Assembly (NCBI GenBank): GCA_951406725.2
Contig: OX597822.1
Span: 105,462,001-105,526,000, forward strand
Reading direction: 5' to 3'
From: Octopus vulgaris
Lineage: Eukaryota
DNA length: 64,000 bases
The translations under genes were made by a program, and so were the position numbers. Under the pieces are notes generated by a model. The model searched no databases and was not told the origin of the DNA. It was given only the letters and a program-made list of their open reading frames with translations. Below, in pieces: positions 37,933 to 52,398 of the stretch (positions are counted from its first letter, which is position 1; each line of letters begins with the position of its first letter).

Positions 37933-39589
37933 ATTTGGAGTTTGAGAAATATTTCACAGGCACGTGTATCAGTCCCTCAGTAGCATAGCGGTTCCCACAT
38001 TCATTCGTAAGATATTTTGAAGGTGCTAGAATGGCAAAATTATTAAAGCTTCAGAAAAAGATGTCCGATATTTCAGTTGGCTTTTTATGTTCTCTGATCA
38101 AATCCTGCCGCGATCAACTTTGCCATCAGACATTCAGATCGATAAAAGCAGTAAAATTTCATACCCTGTACTCAGAAACCATTATGAGAAAGGCATTTTA
38201 AGTATGTTGTATTGAACGGAAATATCTAACATACTGAATAAATATTGGAGTTAAAAAGGCAGTTCAACACCGGAAGAATTTTGTCAGTTTATCTATAATT
38301 GTATATCTATTTTCCGAGTTCAATTCACTTCGATAGTGATTCTGTTTGTCTTCTCTGTCATTTAAGTAGTTAAATGTGACAAACTAATCATTTAATGACT
38401 TTTGCCAGTGTCCAAACATTGGATTAAGGACACTAAACTTTGAAGGATTGTTCAATAACTGATGTTCGAAATGAGATGAATTAAAGGAAAATAATTTTCC
38501 GACGTCTTTTTTTGAACTCAGGATATAAATTAACGTAACTAGATACCGCTATAACACGCTTTACCGATTTTGTCATCTACAGCCATCAATGAGAGGAATA
38601 GATACTGAGTTTTATGATTGAGTTCAATCGACCACATAAACCGTTCTCCGTTTACTACTACACTTGTATAACAGATGCTTTTTTTCTAACATTCTATGAG
38701 GAATATGTTGAGACTGAAAAAAATAATAATAATAAAATGTTGCACAAATCTGATCTCTTTCTAAAAAAAATTGTTCGTTAATATTTTTGTACACTTCTAA
38801 AAGTGTTTCGTTTTGCATCATTTACTTTCTTTCTTTTATTTTCGGATAAATCTAGTGAAAATATCCGTTAATTTTATGGTTCAACAACATCTGAAACAGC
38901 AACATACAGACAGTCACCTGATGTTAATAGCTAATGTTATATTTAAGCGTTTGTTTAATTAACACACACGTAATTGACACTGTAGTTCTACGAAAACTAC
39001 AGAAATATTTTTTCGTTAAATTAAAACATTTTTACACAAAAAAAACATTTCGAATGAAATATTGATTTCTAAATATTGGTACACATATAAAATCAAACTT
39101 CATTCGTGTATAATACTTCATTATACTTATTTTATCCACGCCAGGGGGACGAAAACTGAAAATATATCTGCCATTGTTCGCATAGTGACAGGAATGTCAG
39201 GCTGGTTAAATTCTTGACGGCGAGTAAAATTTTGTACGCATTGAGTATTAAACAGATTTAACGATGCGATCAGTAAAATCCATACGTAAAAGAAAATAGG
39301 TGTTTTATCTTTGATGACAAACGAGTAATTAAAAATTTCTATGAATTTCTAAATCCACAGTTATATTAATCCCTCGTCAGGGCTCAAACGCATCCTCATC
39401 AGGTATTCATTTCACTTGGAATTACCACCCAGTTATTAAAAAGTCCCCCATAATTGTCGTAAAGGTATGTAAGTGTCGTTATGCCGTTTCTGTCGTACAT
39501 TCAAAATTGATAGAAGTGCTAAACAGGTAAATGATTTTATCAGTTAATGATTTTTAATTACGCGCGAAGAGAAAATAATGACCTGCAAG

Positions 39590-39810
39590 ATTATGATATT
39601 GGTCTAAAAATTTGACATAGGCCAGGAATTACGGGAGATCGTGTAAGTTGATTACATCGACCCCTGTATTCAACTGGTACTTATTTTATCGACCTTGAAA
39701 GGATGAAAGGCAAAGTCAACATCGGTGGAATTTGAACTCAGAACGTAAAGACGGACGAAATACCACTAAGTAATTTTCCCCGTGTGCCAACGATTCTTTC
39801 CGTTCGCCAC
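39590..39810 (-). mobile_element. SINE family B, alternative tail, diverged
   Basis: CTGGTACTTATTTTATCGACCTTGAAAGGATGAAAGGCAAAGTC...GGAATTTGAACTCAGAACG. Confidence 0.75.
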
Positions 39811-39967
39811 GTTTACAATGTTACATTATCAATGGAAATGATATCAAGTCGCTTTGATTACCTGAATACTGATTTGAAAGCACTTTCCTATTTTACACTT
39901 TATCAAAACGAATGCTCGTGCTCATGATGAATTCGTTCCATCAAATCGGCTTTGACAGCACAGGTTA

Positions 39968-40201
39968 AGGCGGCGAGCTGGCAGAATCGTTAGCACGTCG
40001 GGCGAAATGCTTAGCAGTTTTTCGTCTGCCGTTACGTTCCGAGTTCAAATTCCGCCGAGGTCGACTTTACCTTTCATCCTTTCGGGGTCGATTAATTAAG
40101 TACCAGTTACGCACTGGAGTCGATATAATCGACTTAATCCGTTTGTCTGTCCTTGTTTGTCCTCTCTGTGTTTAGCCCCTTGTGGGTAGTACAGAAATAG
40201 G
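39968..40201 (+). mobile_element. SINE family B
   Basis: Full-length match to 37704-37932. Confidence 0.9.
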
Positions 40202-40790
40202 TGTACGTTGTACAATACGCCGCATATTGGTGTGACAGCATCACTGATTTACGAATGCTATCACTAATTTCCTGATATAATATCTAGTTGCTTCATTCTT
40301 TTCACAGTACATGTTGTTAACTTTTTTCTGAGGAAAACTTCGCACGTATAGTTTTAACTGTGATGCATGATATGTTTCACGTAGTACTGTTTGTTCCTCA
40401 TCATATATAAAACGTACAAAATGGCCGCAAATCTAATTTCGTTCGATTCTTCGAAGCGCGTTGGTTATAAAATAGTTTTCCATTTATTTGCACAGTAGTT
40501 CTTTGCATTAGATTTTCATTTAATTCAGCTAGATAAGTTTTTGTACTGCTGGTTTGAGAAATAGAGGGCTGATAAAGCAGTGCTCCATTGGAAGGTTTAT
40601 TACTTCATATTCACAAGTGGTGTGTTCAGTTTTATGTAACCTCCTAAGTACAGTAGCAAGTCTGAACCAAACGAAGAGGAAATCTGGACCTAGGATTCAT
40701 GCAGGTACGCATCCATTCGCTGGTCCAACTTGCAACTTGGTGTTACAAGATATTTCAAACCGACAAGTTATATCAAGTTATCAAGCGATA

Positions 40791-41028
40791 TCAAGGCGGC
40801 GAGCTGGCAGAATCGTTAGCACGTAGGGCGAAATGCTTAGCAGTATTTCGTCTGCCGTAACGTTCTGAGTTCAAATTCCGCCGTGGTCGACTTTGCCTTT
40901 CATCCTTTCGGGCTCGATTAAATAAGTACCAGTTACGCACTGGGGTCGATGTAATCGACTTAATTCCTTTGTCTGTCCTTGTTTGTCCCCTCTATGTTTT
41001 ATCCCCTTGTAGGCAGTAAAGAAATATA
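40791..41028 (+). mobile_element. SINE family B
   Basis: Full length; TSD TATCAAGCGATA at 40779-40790 and 41029-41040. Confidence 0.92.
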
Positions 41029-41387
41029 TATCAAGCGATACGAGAATCCATTAGACCTCTTGAATAATTGTGGCATTACGTAAATTAGCTGCCTAGACAT
41101 TTTTTGGGTTTTTTAAAGTTCAATGGAATCATTGAAATATTTCGTGTACCTGTTTTCGTTATTCGAATCGGTAATACAACGGACAAAAAGTTTTGAAACC
41201 CCGTCGAGGTCGACACATTTTCTCCCTCGGCCATAGCTTCAGGATGGTGTTTATACAATTTGTCAGCGGTTTTGATTTTATAATGACGACATATTGTCCA
41301 GTGTAAATACTGACCGACTCTGTCATGTCTTGCTTTAAATTCTACAGGTGCTAAAAACTACACCCTGAATTTGGTGGTCTAATTCTT

Positions 41388-41470
<83 letters not shown>

Positions 41471-41471
41471 C

Positions 41472-41574
41472 ATTAACGCAGTCGGAATTAAGGGACGATG
41501 GTCAGAATTAACGAAATTCTAAGAGGTTGTTAGAATTTCGTTAATTCTGACCATCGTCCCTTAATTCCGACTGC

Positions 41575-41580
<6 letters not shown>
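41472..41580. repeat. Perfect hairpin (51-bp arms, 7-nt loop) extended by (TTA)n/(TAA)n
   Basis: 41472-41522 is the exact reverse complement of 41530-41580. Confidence 0.95.
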
Positions 41581-41630
<50 letters not shown>

Positions 41631-41649
41631 TAATAATAATAATAATAAC

Positions 41650-41696
<47 letters not shown>

Positions 41697-41697
<1 letters not shown>

Positions 41698-41948
41698 TGT
41701 TTGCAAAAGGGATATGAAGGCCTGCAACATCAATATTAGCGGTTGGGAGGCAGTTGCCGGCAACCGTGGAGAATGGCGACGTACAGTAAAAGAGGGAATA
41801 GAAAAGAGTGACAGAGAGAGAGAGAGGAGAAATGGAAAGAAAGGAAGAGACGTAAACAAGAGACTATGGCACTACAAGCAGCCAGGAACAGTCTTCTAAA
41901 CATGCGCAACTCCATTGTCTCCCGAGACAGAAAGGATGCCAATACAAT
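41697..41948 (+). mobile_element. RTE-clade LINE 3' fragment
   Basis: VCKRDMKACNINISGWEAVAGNRGEWRRTVKEG is a typical RTE ORF C-terminus. The short 3' end is ATTGTCTCCCGAGACAGAAAGGATGCCAATACAAT. Confidence 0.8.
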
Positions 41949-41951
41949 ATT

Positions 41952-42165
41952 AACGCAGTGAGCTGGCAGAATCGTTGGCGCGCTGGACGAAATGCTTTGC
42001 GGTAATTCGCCTGTCGCTACGTTCTGAATTCAATTTCTGCTGAGGTCGACTTTGCCTTTCATCCTCCCACGGTCGATAAATTAAGTGCTAGTTGCGTAAT
42101 GGGGTCGATCTAAGCGACTGATCCCCTCGCCAAAAATATCGGGCCTTGTGCCCAAAGTAGAAAAG

Positions 42166-42170
<5 letters not shown>
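41952..42170 (+). mobile_element. SINE family B, alternative tail ending in (TTA)n
   Basis: Family B head and body, then CCCCTCGCCAAAAATATCGGGCCTTGTGCCCAAAGTAGAAAAG(ATT)n. Confidence 0.82.
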
Positions 42171-42234
<64 letters not shown>

Positions 42235-42235
42235 G

Positions 42236-43398
<1,163 letters not shown>

Positions 43399-43405
43399 TA
43401 ATAAC

Positions 43406-43477
<72 letters not shown>

Positions 43478-44824
43478 AACAATAATAATAAGAATAGTTG
43501 AGTACTGGGGTCGATGTAATTTGACTATGCCTTCCCCTAAAAATTCTGGCCTTGTGCCCAAAGTAGAAAGGATTATTTTTTTTAATCACATCGTGGGCTG
43601 GCACAGTCGTTAGCGATATTTCTTACGTGTAATGACTTCGATGTAATCAACAAATCCCTCTCTCGCAAGAAAAAACTTAATAATAATCCTGAATAGATAG
43701 CGAGTTGGATAAAATGCTCAGTGGCATTACATTCCGTGAACATCGACTTTGCCCTCCCTCCTTTCAGATTCAATAAATTTTTTTAAATGGTGGAGCACTG
43801 GGGTCGATGTAATCAACTTTTTCCCTCACTACGATATTCCAGGTCTTGTGCCAAAAGTGAAGTCATTATTATTATCATTAGTCTTGGTATTGTGAATGGC
43901 AATTTCCGAAATCAAACAAACTAACAGCAATAATCGATCCTATTGGTTCTCAAACACAAACTTACCAACTAAGATCCTTCTTTTCGGTTTTAGTTTGTTG
44001 GGTTTTTTTTTGTTGTTTTTTTCTCCAATTTCATGTTATATTCGAATAGTTATATATTGCCAATAAATACGAAGAAATAATTGAAATGATAATATTAGGA
44101 TGGAATTATGTTACTATATAATGCAGAGAGAAAAATAAATAAAAAAAATAAATAAAAAATCATTTCTTGTTTAGAGAAAAAAAAATCTCATTTAAATATC
44201 GAGTTGCCATGGTTACCTGATGACTGACTTGAAAGCATTTTCATATATTACTCTTTATCAAAATCAATAGTCGGGGTATAAATATTGCTTAACACTAACT
44301 TTAAAATTGTGCGCAAAACAGAGAAATCAATACTATACAATGATGACAGGAACCGACATATAAATACATATACATGCATGTATATATATATTTTATGTGT
44401 GTGTGTGTATATCTATGTGTATATGTATGTGCATGTGTATATATTTCTGTGTGTTGTGTATGCGTGTATGCAAAAGCGGTGTCTTGCTTTTAGGTATATT
44501 TTATTTTTATTTTCTCATGCGTCTATGAGACCTTATTGTATCGCTTGGTGCTTTGAATATTAAACTCAAACTTTGAGTGAAATAATTGATCAATATAACA
44601 GTAAAAATTGCATAAATATCTATATGTCTAGTATGTATACATATATATATATACACACATGGTATTAATGTATATGTACATAAATGCATACTTAGGAATT
44701 TATATTTGTGTATGTGTGCGCGTGTGTATGCATATATATATATATATATATATATGTATATGTATGTATATGTATGTATGTATATATATGTATGTATGTA
44801 TATATATGTATGTATATGTATGTG

Positions 44825-44856
<32 letters not shown>

Positions 44857-44863
44857 TATATAC

Positions 44864-44904
<41 letters not shown>

Positions 44905-45496
44905 CATATACATGTATATGTATGTGTGTATGCTTATATGTAAATATATATATACATACATACACAATGACATGTGTTCCCGTGCGATTGGCTGTTTATG
45001 TGCGGCTGTTTGTGTGTTTGTGCGTGTCTGTGTGTGCGTGTTTATGTATGTGCGCGTGCGTCCGTGAGCTTGTGTGTGTGTGTGTGTGTTTTGTGTGTTG
45101 TGTGTGTGTGTATTGTGTGTGTTTGTGTCTTGTGTGTGTGTGTGTGTGTGTGAATGTGTGCGTCCGTGGAAAGTGATGGCATACTTATAAAAATAAATCA
45201 AAGAGACTACCAAAGTTAGGTTTATGAAAACATCCCCATAAACTGCGAAATTTTAAAAGTCAATTGACAGACACCCGGAAGTCAACAATGACATCGGCAT
45301 TATTCGTTAGATCGTATGTCAGAGCGTGGTATATGTAACGACTTTAAAGGATTATCTATAACACTTTTGACGCATTCTCCATCAGATATCTACGTTTCAT
45401 TAGCTGTCTACTATTCGCTTCACAGCATAAACACGCACACTCATGAATACATATATATATGTAAATATATATACATGTATGGATGTTTATGTATGA

Positions 45497-45540
<44 letters not shown>

Positions 45541-45549
45541 TCATACATA

Positions 45550-45583
<34 letters not shown>

Positions 45584-45656
45584 AATATATATACACGTAT
45601 CAATATTTATGTATGGGTATATATATATATATATATATGTACTCATACATAAACAT

Positions 45657-45700
<44 letters not shown>

Positions 45701-45734
45701 AAATATATATACACGTATCAATATTTATGTATGA

Positions 45735-45775
<41 letters not shown>

Positions 45776-45789
45776 GAGAGAGAGAGAGG

Positions 45790-45829
<40 letters not shown>

Positions 45830-45921
45830 TATATATGCATGTACGTATGTGTGTATGATTATGCATATACCTATTGCTATGACTACATGTATATGTGTGT
45901 GTTTATGTCTGTCTTTTTGTG

Positions 45922-45964
<43 letters not shown>

Positions 45965-46230
45965 AATATATAATTCGTACACAAGCACATATAAATATAC
46001 CTATGTGTATTCATTCAATAGAGATGATTCACTCCGTCACCCTTGCGGTTCCATGGAATCAGTAAATTCTCTTACATTTACTTAGTACTGTTTCTTATTT
46101 AATCAATCATACGTACATACTGAAACGCATACATACATACATACTTACACACACACACTCATATATATCCATATGCAAGTATTATGTACACACGCACACA
46201 CGGGGACACACACACACACACATATATATA

Positions 46231-46617
46231 TACTCTTTACTATTTTACTTGTTTCAGTCATTTGACTGCGGCCATGCTGGAGCACCGCCTTTAGTCGAGC
46301 AAATCGACCCCGGGACTTATTCTTTGTAAGCCCAGTACTTATTCTATCGGTCTCTTTTGTCGAACCGCTAAGTGACGGGGACATAAACACACCAGCATCG
46401 GTTGTCAAGCAATGCTAGGGGGACAAACACAGGCACACACACACACACACATAAATATATACATATATACGACAGGCTTCTTTCAGTTTCCGTCTACCAA
46501 ATCCACTCACAAGGCATTGGTTCGCCCGAGGCTATAGCAGATGCCACGCAGTGGGACTGAACCCGGAACCATGTGGTTGGTAAACAAGCTACCTACCACA
46601 CAGCCACTCCTGCGCCT
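46231..46617 (-). mobile_element. SINE family A (small internal deletion)
   Basis: Matches the other family A copies. Confidence 0.9.
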
Positions 46618-47232
46618 ATTTATATATATATACACATATAAACATCCATACATGTATATATATATATTTACATGTGTGCGTAAGCCACGAAACTTTTAGT
46701 ACAAAAACAAGTAGAACATTATGTTGCATGAATACAGGTTAAATACATATTTTAAGATCTACGTATATCTCTTACATGATTTTATCGGAAGCCTTACAGT
46801 ATGATTTTTCCTTAAGTGTAATGTATAGCATATAATGTCAGCAAAAAATTATGATTGGTTTCATAAAGTCACTAATGTTGAATTAAATAATTACTCGGTA
46901 ATAATTCATGATTTTGCATGAATTTGTAATTACACGCTCTCCGACAGTCAAACACATAATCGCTCATCCAGTCATACCGCAGCCACACTCACAAACACAC
47001 ACAAATATTTATTCGTACATATAAATATTTATATATAATTATTTTTTTTAACGTTAACTTTATTATTATTATTATTTATAATATGTTATATATTATATAT
47101 TTAAAATACGAATACATTAACAATAAAGTGGTTCAATGTGTGGGAGCCTCGTGAATAAATATTTTCAATCCTATAGATAGATAGATATATAGATAGATAG
47201 ATAGATAGATAGATAGATTGATAGATAGATAA

Positions 47233-47961
47233 GTTTCTTTATTGGCCACACAGGGCTGCACACAGATGGGACAAGTTACAAGGTAGAGCTTTTCTTTTGG
47301 GGGATGAAGAGAACAAAAACAAAAGAAAAAAAAGGGGGTGGCGTAGGTTTTCGATCAAGAGGGATCGTAAAAGGAAGAAAAGAACAAAAAAAAAATTGAA
47401 TAAAATAAAAAGAATAAAAAGAAAAAAAGAAAAGGAAAAGGAACAAAAGGAAAGAGAAATGAAAAAAGAAGAAAAAAGGGGAAAAAAAGGGGAAGAGGAA
47501 AAAAAGAACGATCAATAGGGATCGTGTATCACAGTGTTATGACATATGGTGTAAAGGGGAAAGCAAGTAAGGTTTATCCGTGGGAAGAAAAAGCCTACGA
47601 AAAAGACCACGGTAACCTTGGTCAATATTGTTATATGTTACCACATTTGTTTGCAAGTGGGTAACCCTCTGTTTTCAATTTCTGGGTTCATAGGATTATG
47701 CTCAAGGTGGCTTCGTCATTCATACGTGCCATCCTTGCTACATTCACCCATCTTTTTTTAAAACATTCGCTAGACAAAACTTGCCTCTCTACTCTCACTT
47801 TCCTTGATGAGAGATTGACCAGAGAGGAAAGTGTTTGTCTCCAATCCTTTCAGACGCGTCCACCAGATACATTCTTTCGCCATAGCCTCAAGGATGATGA
47901 AAATAGCTCTTCCTTCCCGTTTGAAGGAAGGAGGCGTGACAATATTGACGATAGACTCAGC
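47233..47961 (-). mobile_element. Tx1/L1-like LINE 3' fragment, copy 1
   Basis: Homologous to 48929-49610 (ORF end + 3' UTR). Both ends are in (GATA)n. Confidence 0.88.
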
Positions 47962-48031
<70 letters not shown>

Positions 48032-48042
48032 TATATATATAT

Positions 48043-48087
<45 letters not shown>

Positions 48088-48290
48088 CAGACGGACGGAC
48101 GGACGGACGGACGGACGGATGGATGGACGGATGGATGGATGGATGGATAGACAGATAGGTAGGTAGGTAGGTAGGTAGGCAGGTATGTAGGTATATAGAT
48201 AGATATCTAGATGGATGGATGGATGGATGGACAGGCAGCTAGATAGACAGACAGATACACAGTCTGATAGATAGATAGATAGTTAGCTAT

Positions 48291-48480
48291 GTTTCTTTAT
48301 TAGCCATACAGGGCTGCACACAGACAGGACAAATTACAAAGTAAAGCTTTTCTTTTGGGAGTAAAAAATAGGGGGTTTGGTTTTCGATCAAAAGGGAACG
48401 TAAAGGGAAAGAAAGAGGACAAAAAAGGGGGGGAATAAAAATTTTTTTTAAAAGTGGGGGGGAGGAAAAAGGGAAGATTG
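48291..48480 (-). mobile_element. Tx1/L1-like LINE 3' terminus, copy 2
   Basis: TTTCTTTATTAGCCATACAGGGCTGCACACAGA terminus as in the other copies; GATA repeats on both sides. Confidence 0.8.
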
Positions 48481-48928
48481 ACAGAGAGATAGATAGATAT
48501 ACAGATAGAGATATACATTATCTATTACATGGACGACACCATTCTAAATTGTATTTCAACCATGTCCCTTGCATTTTTATGTGTATATCATTTGTTGGCA
48601 CGCTCGCTCCCCCTCTCCTCCTCTCTGTCTTTTACATTACCGCTAATGCTTATATATTTCAAGCCTACTTCCGGGGCTTTCTCTGGAATTAGTCCCGCTG
48701 TACTAGTACGTTGGTCAAAACCATCATTCTTCGCGTTTTTGCGGCGCGAAATCTTCTATGAACACATCCATCCCTTCACCTCATAGGTTAAGGCAGTCTT
48801 TTTTTGGCAAAGCATTAAGCATTTTCACAGATATAAGTACTATATACCTACATAAATACATGCATACACGCATATATATAAGCGTACCTACATACATATA
48901 CATACATGCATATAAGTACAAAGATATG

Positions 48929-50524
48929 TTTCTTTATTAGCCACACAGGGCTGCACACAGATAGAGCTTTTCTTTTGAAGGTTTTAAATAAAAAAAAAAA
49001 AATAAATAAATAATGAAATAAAAAATAAAATAAAATAAAAAGGGGGGGTCGATCAAAAGGGATCGTAAAAGGAGAGAAAGAGGACAAAAAAAAGGGGGGT
49101 TAAAAAAATGGGGGAGAGGAAAAAAAATTGATCAATAGGGATCGTTATCACAGAAATGTCAATATGAAGTGTAAAGGGAAGGACAGGTGAGGTTTACCCG
49201 TGGAAAGAAAAGCCTACGGAAAAGACCACGGTAACCTCGGTCAATGAAGTCACATGTTATATTTCTTTTTTTTTTTTTGCAAATAAGCAACTCTCTGTAT
49301 TAATTTTTACGGTTCATAGAATCATAGTCAAGGTGGCTTCGTCATTCATACGTGCCATCCTTGCTACATTCACCCATCTTTTTTTAAAACATTCACTAGA
49401 CAAAACTTGCCTCTCTACTCTCACTTTTTTCTTCAAGTGATACTTGAAGAAGTTGATGAGAGATTGACCAGAGAGGAAAGTGTTTGTCTCTAATCCTTTC
49501 AGACGCGTCCACCAGATACATTCTTTCGCCATAGCCACAAGTATGATAAAAATAGCTCTTCCTTCCCGTTTGAAGGAAGGAGGCGTGACGATATTAACGA
49601 TAGACTCGGCGGATAAACCGACACGTCCCACACGTGACAGCAGTCGTTCGACATAAGCCCACAGGTGGGAAATTGCTGGACACTGCACGATTGCGTGTAG
49701 AGCGGTTTCGTCGCTCTGCCCGCATCTCGGGCAGGTCGGCCCCGTGTTTCTCGAGCCATGCCTATAGAGCTTATCCCGAACGGGTAGCGCTTCTCGGTAG
49801 CACCGCCAGGCCAGGGATCTCTGGAAGTTGTCCATAGGTCCCGGGCCGAAAGTCGTTTGAAACAGGCGGGTCAGGTATTCCTCGTCGACGCCCAGGTTTG
49901 CCCCGAGCTCGTCGTCGTACCTCCACTCCACTAATCCCCTATAGAATGCTTTGGTTGTGTTGAAGTCACTCAAGGTCGACCCGGGACGGCAGAGTTGCTT
50001 GAGAGCAACGCGACACTCGCGGTGCCATTCGCCCTTCTTCGGCCTCTTTTTGATCCACGACTGTAGTTCGGTCATGGAGACGAGTTGCGGGAATGCGTGC
50101 CTCACAAACGGCGACCACACCTGTTCACCGTCGTCTACATAGAGCCGGAGATGTCGCAGTCTCAGCGCGTGTCTGCGCATCATCAACCATGGCATGCCCA
50201 GCCCTCCTTTTAACGGGTGTTGACAGCAAATGGATCGCCTGACCATCGGGACGCATCCTTTCCACAAGAAGCGGAAGAGGATGCGTTCTAGTTTGGTGAT
50301 GGTAGGGTCGGGACAAGGTACGACGGTCAGGCGGTAGTAGATGATGGACGCGATGTACGCGTTCACCACCTCCGCCCGACCTTTTAGGGACAGTTTCCTC
50401 TCGGCCCATTGCTGGGCGAGAGTGACCACCCTACTCGTTATCTCGTTCCAGTTCTTCTCCATTTGGAGGTCCGGACCGAACCAGACCCCGAGCAACTCAA
50501 CCGGGCCGTCTGTCCAGCGTCCAA
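48929..50524 (-). mobile_element. Tx1/L1-like LINE, 5'-truncated, copy 3
   Basis: Open ORF2 C-terminal half plus 3' UTR. The 5' junction is in (GATA)n. Confidence 0.92.
49314..50524 (-). CDS. Tx1/L1 ORF2 C-terminal region (end of RT, thumb, zf-RVT CCHC); truncated, no native start
   Basis: VELLGVWFG...NW...W..RKLSLKGRAEVVNAYIASIIYYRL, FLWKG, GGLGMP, CPRCGQSDETALHAIVQC. The ORF-track N-terminus (YLSI repeats) is a microsatellite artefact. Confidence 0.88.
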
Positions 50525-50537
50525 AGATAGATAGATT

Positions 50538-50601
<64 letters not shown>

Positions 50602-51380
50602 TACACATACGTACATAGATAGATACATACATACATGCATACATAAAATAGATGCATACATGCATACATATATACATTCATATATATGTATACTCACAGA
50701 GAGATTATTGTATAGATGTAAAACAATCGTCCCATATAATTTATGCTTTAATCCTTTCTTTTCTTCACTTAATCTCACAACTTCGTTTGAAAATTCTGAT
50801 TATCAATCATTTGGTCTGAATGCCTATTTCCCATTGTTTCTATGCCGCCTCGTCCGATTGGGTTTCATACTTAAATCTGAGGAAAGGAGGTTTATTCGGT
50901 GTTGAATACATCACGTGTCTAAGCGCATGTGAACGTGTGATTATATCGCTTATGAATGCGTATGCCATTCGGTCAATGAGAAAGCCGGTCCTAGGTGAAA
51001 GTCTTATTTCTATGGATGAAATAACAGAAACCGTACATCGAGAAATGTTACATATTGGGTACACAAAAGCAACATGCAAATGCCCAGTGAATAAGCCGGT
51101 TAATTCTCCGTCGCTTTCTACGATGGGCAGTCAGTTGATTGGTGCACTAAATGATACGTAATCGATACATGCTTAACGGTCTGGAAAACGAAGGGTCCGC
51201 TGTATGTGCATATTTCAACTCTACTAAGCGATTCGTCATGAGTTGCACATTTTCTTTAACAACCCAGAAATCAACAGCTTATAAACCCACTGATATTAAT
51301 GACTACAATAAACCAATTTGGGTATTTTGCATATTCTCCGTAGATTGCTTGAATATTGAACTATTGGTATGTGAACAGTG

Positions 51381-51601
51381 GCAAGGCGGCGAGCTGGCAG
51401 AAACGTTAGCACGCCGGGCGAAATGCGTAGCCGTATTTCGTCTGCCGTTACGTTCTGAGTTCAAATTCCGCCGAGGTCGACATTGCCTTTCATCCTTTCG
51501 GGGTCGATTAAATAAGTACCAGTTCGCACTGGGGTCGATATAAATCGACTTAGTCCATTTGTCCTCTCTGTATTTGGCCCCTTGTGGGTAGTAAAGAAAT
51601 A
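51381..51601 (+). mobile_element. SINE family B
   Basis: 15-bp TSD GGTATGTGAACAGTG at 51366-51380 and 51602-51616. Confidence 0.93.
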
Positions 51602-51706
51602 GGTATGTGAACAGTGTTTCCTTTCGTTGCTATAATGAAACAAAGAATTCTTAGCCCACACTTTATGTTACAATAAATCTGCGAGTATAATTACACACAC
51701 ACACAA

Positions 51707-51791
<85 letters not shown>

Positions 51792-52161
51792 ATACAACAT
51801 TATACAATATGGTACAATATAATGTAACTGCGGAAAGGAGAGACAATATATATTGATATATTAACTATATATACCTAAGAAGCGTCAAGAGAATCAATAA
51901 GAGTCATTGAACACCCTTGGCCGATTTTGTGTGGTGACTGGAGGAAGATAAAATTAAGTATAACATAACTTGGTCCATAGTAAGGCATACAAAACCATAC
52001 AATATCATTTTCAATAGATGCCATCTCTGCTCCGAGGAATCCCTGTCTATTCTGTGGACCAATGAGAACATCATTATTAGAATTTCTGAAAGACTCAAGT
52101 CGCCTACACGCATAAAAATGTAATTTCGCACATGCAGTGGGAATGAATTTGAGTAACTGTT

Positions 52162-52398
52162 TCTTATTTTTTATTGCCCAGATGGGTCTAAACACAGAGA
52201 GGACAAACAAGGACAGACAAACGGATTAAGCCGATTACATCGTCCACAGTGCGTAACTGGTACTTATTTAATCGACCCCGAAAGGATGAAAGGCAAAGTC
52301 GATCTCGGTGGAATTTGAACTCAGAACGTAACGGCAGACGAAATACGGCTACGCATTTCGCCCGGCGTGCTAATGTTTCTGCCAGCTCGTGGCCTTTT
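52162..52398 (-). mobile_element. SINE family B
   Basis: 14-bp TSD TTTGAGTAACTGTT at 52148-52161 and 52399-52412. Confidence 0.92.

Noticed and set aside
50820-51250. 113-aa and 79-aa overlapping ORFs in unique sequence
   Set aside because: No recognisable domain or clear splice structure; the length is compatible with chance.
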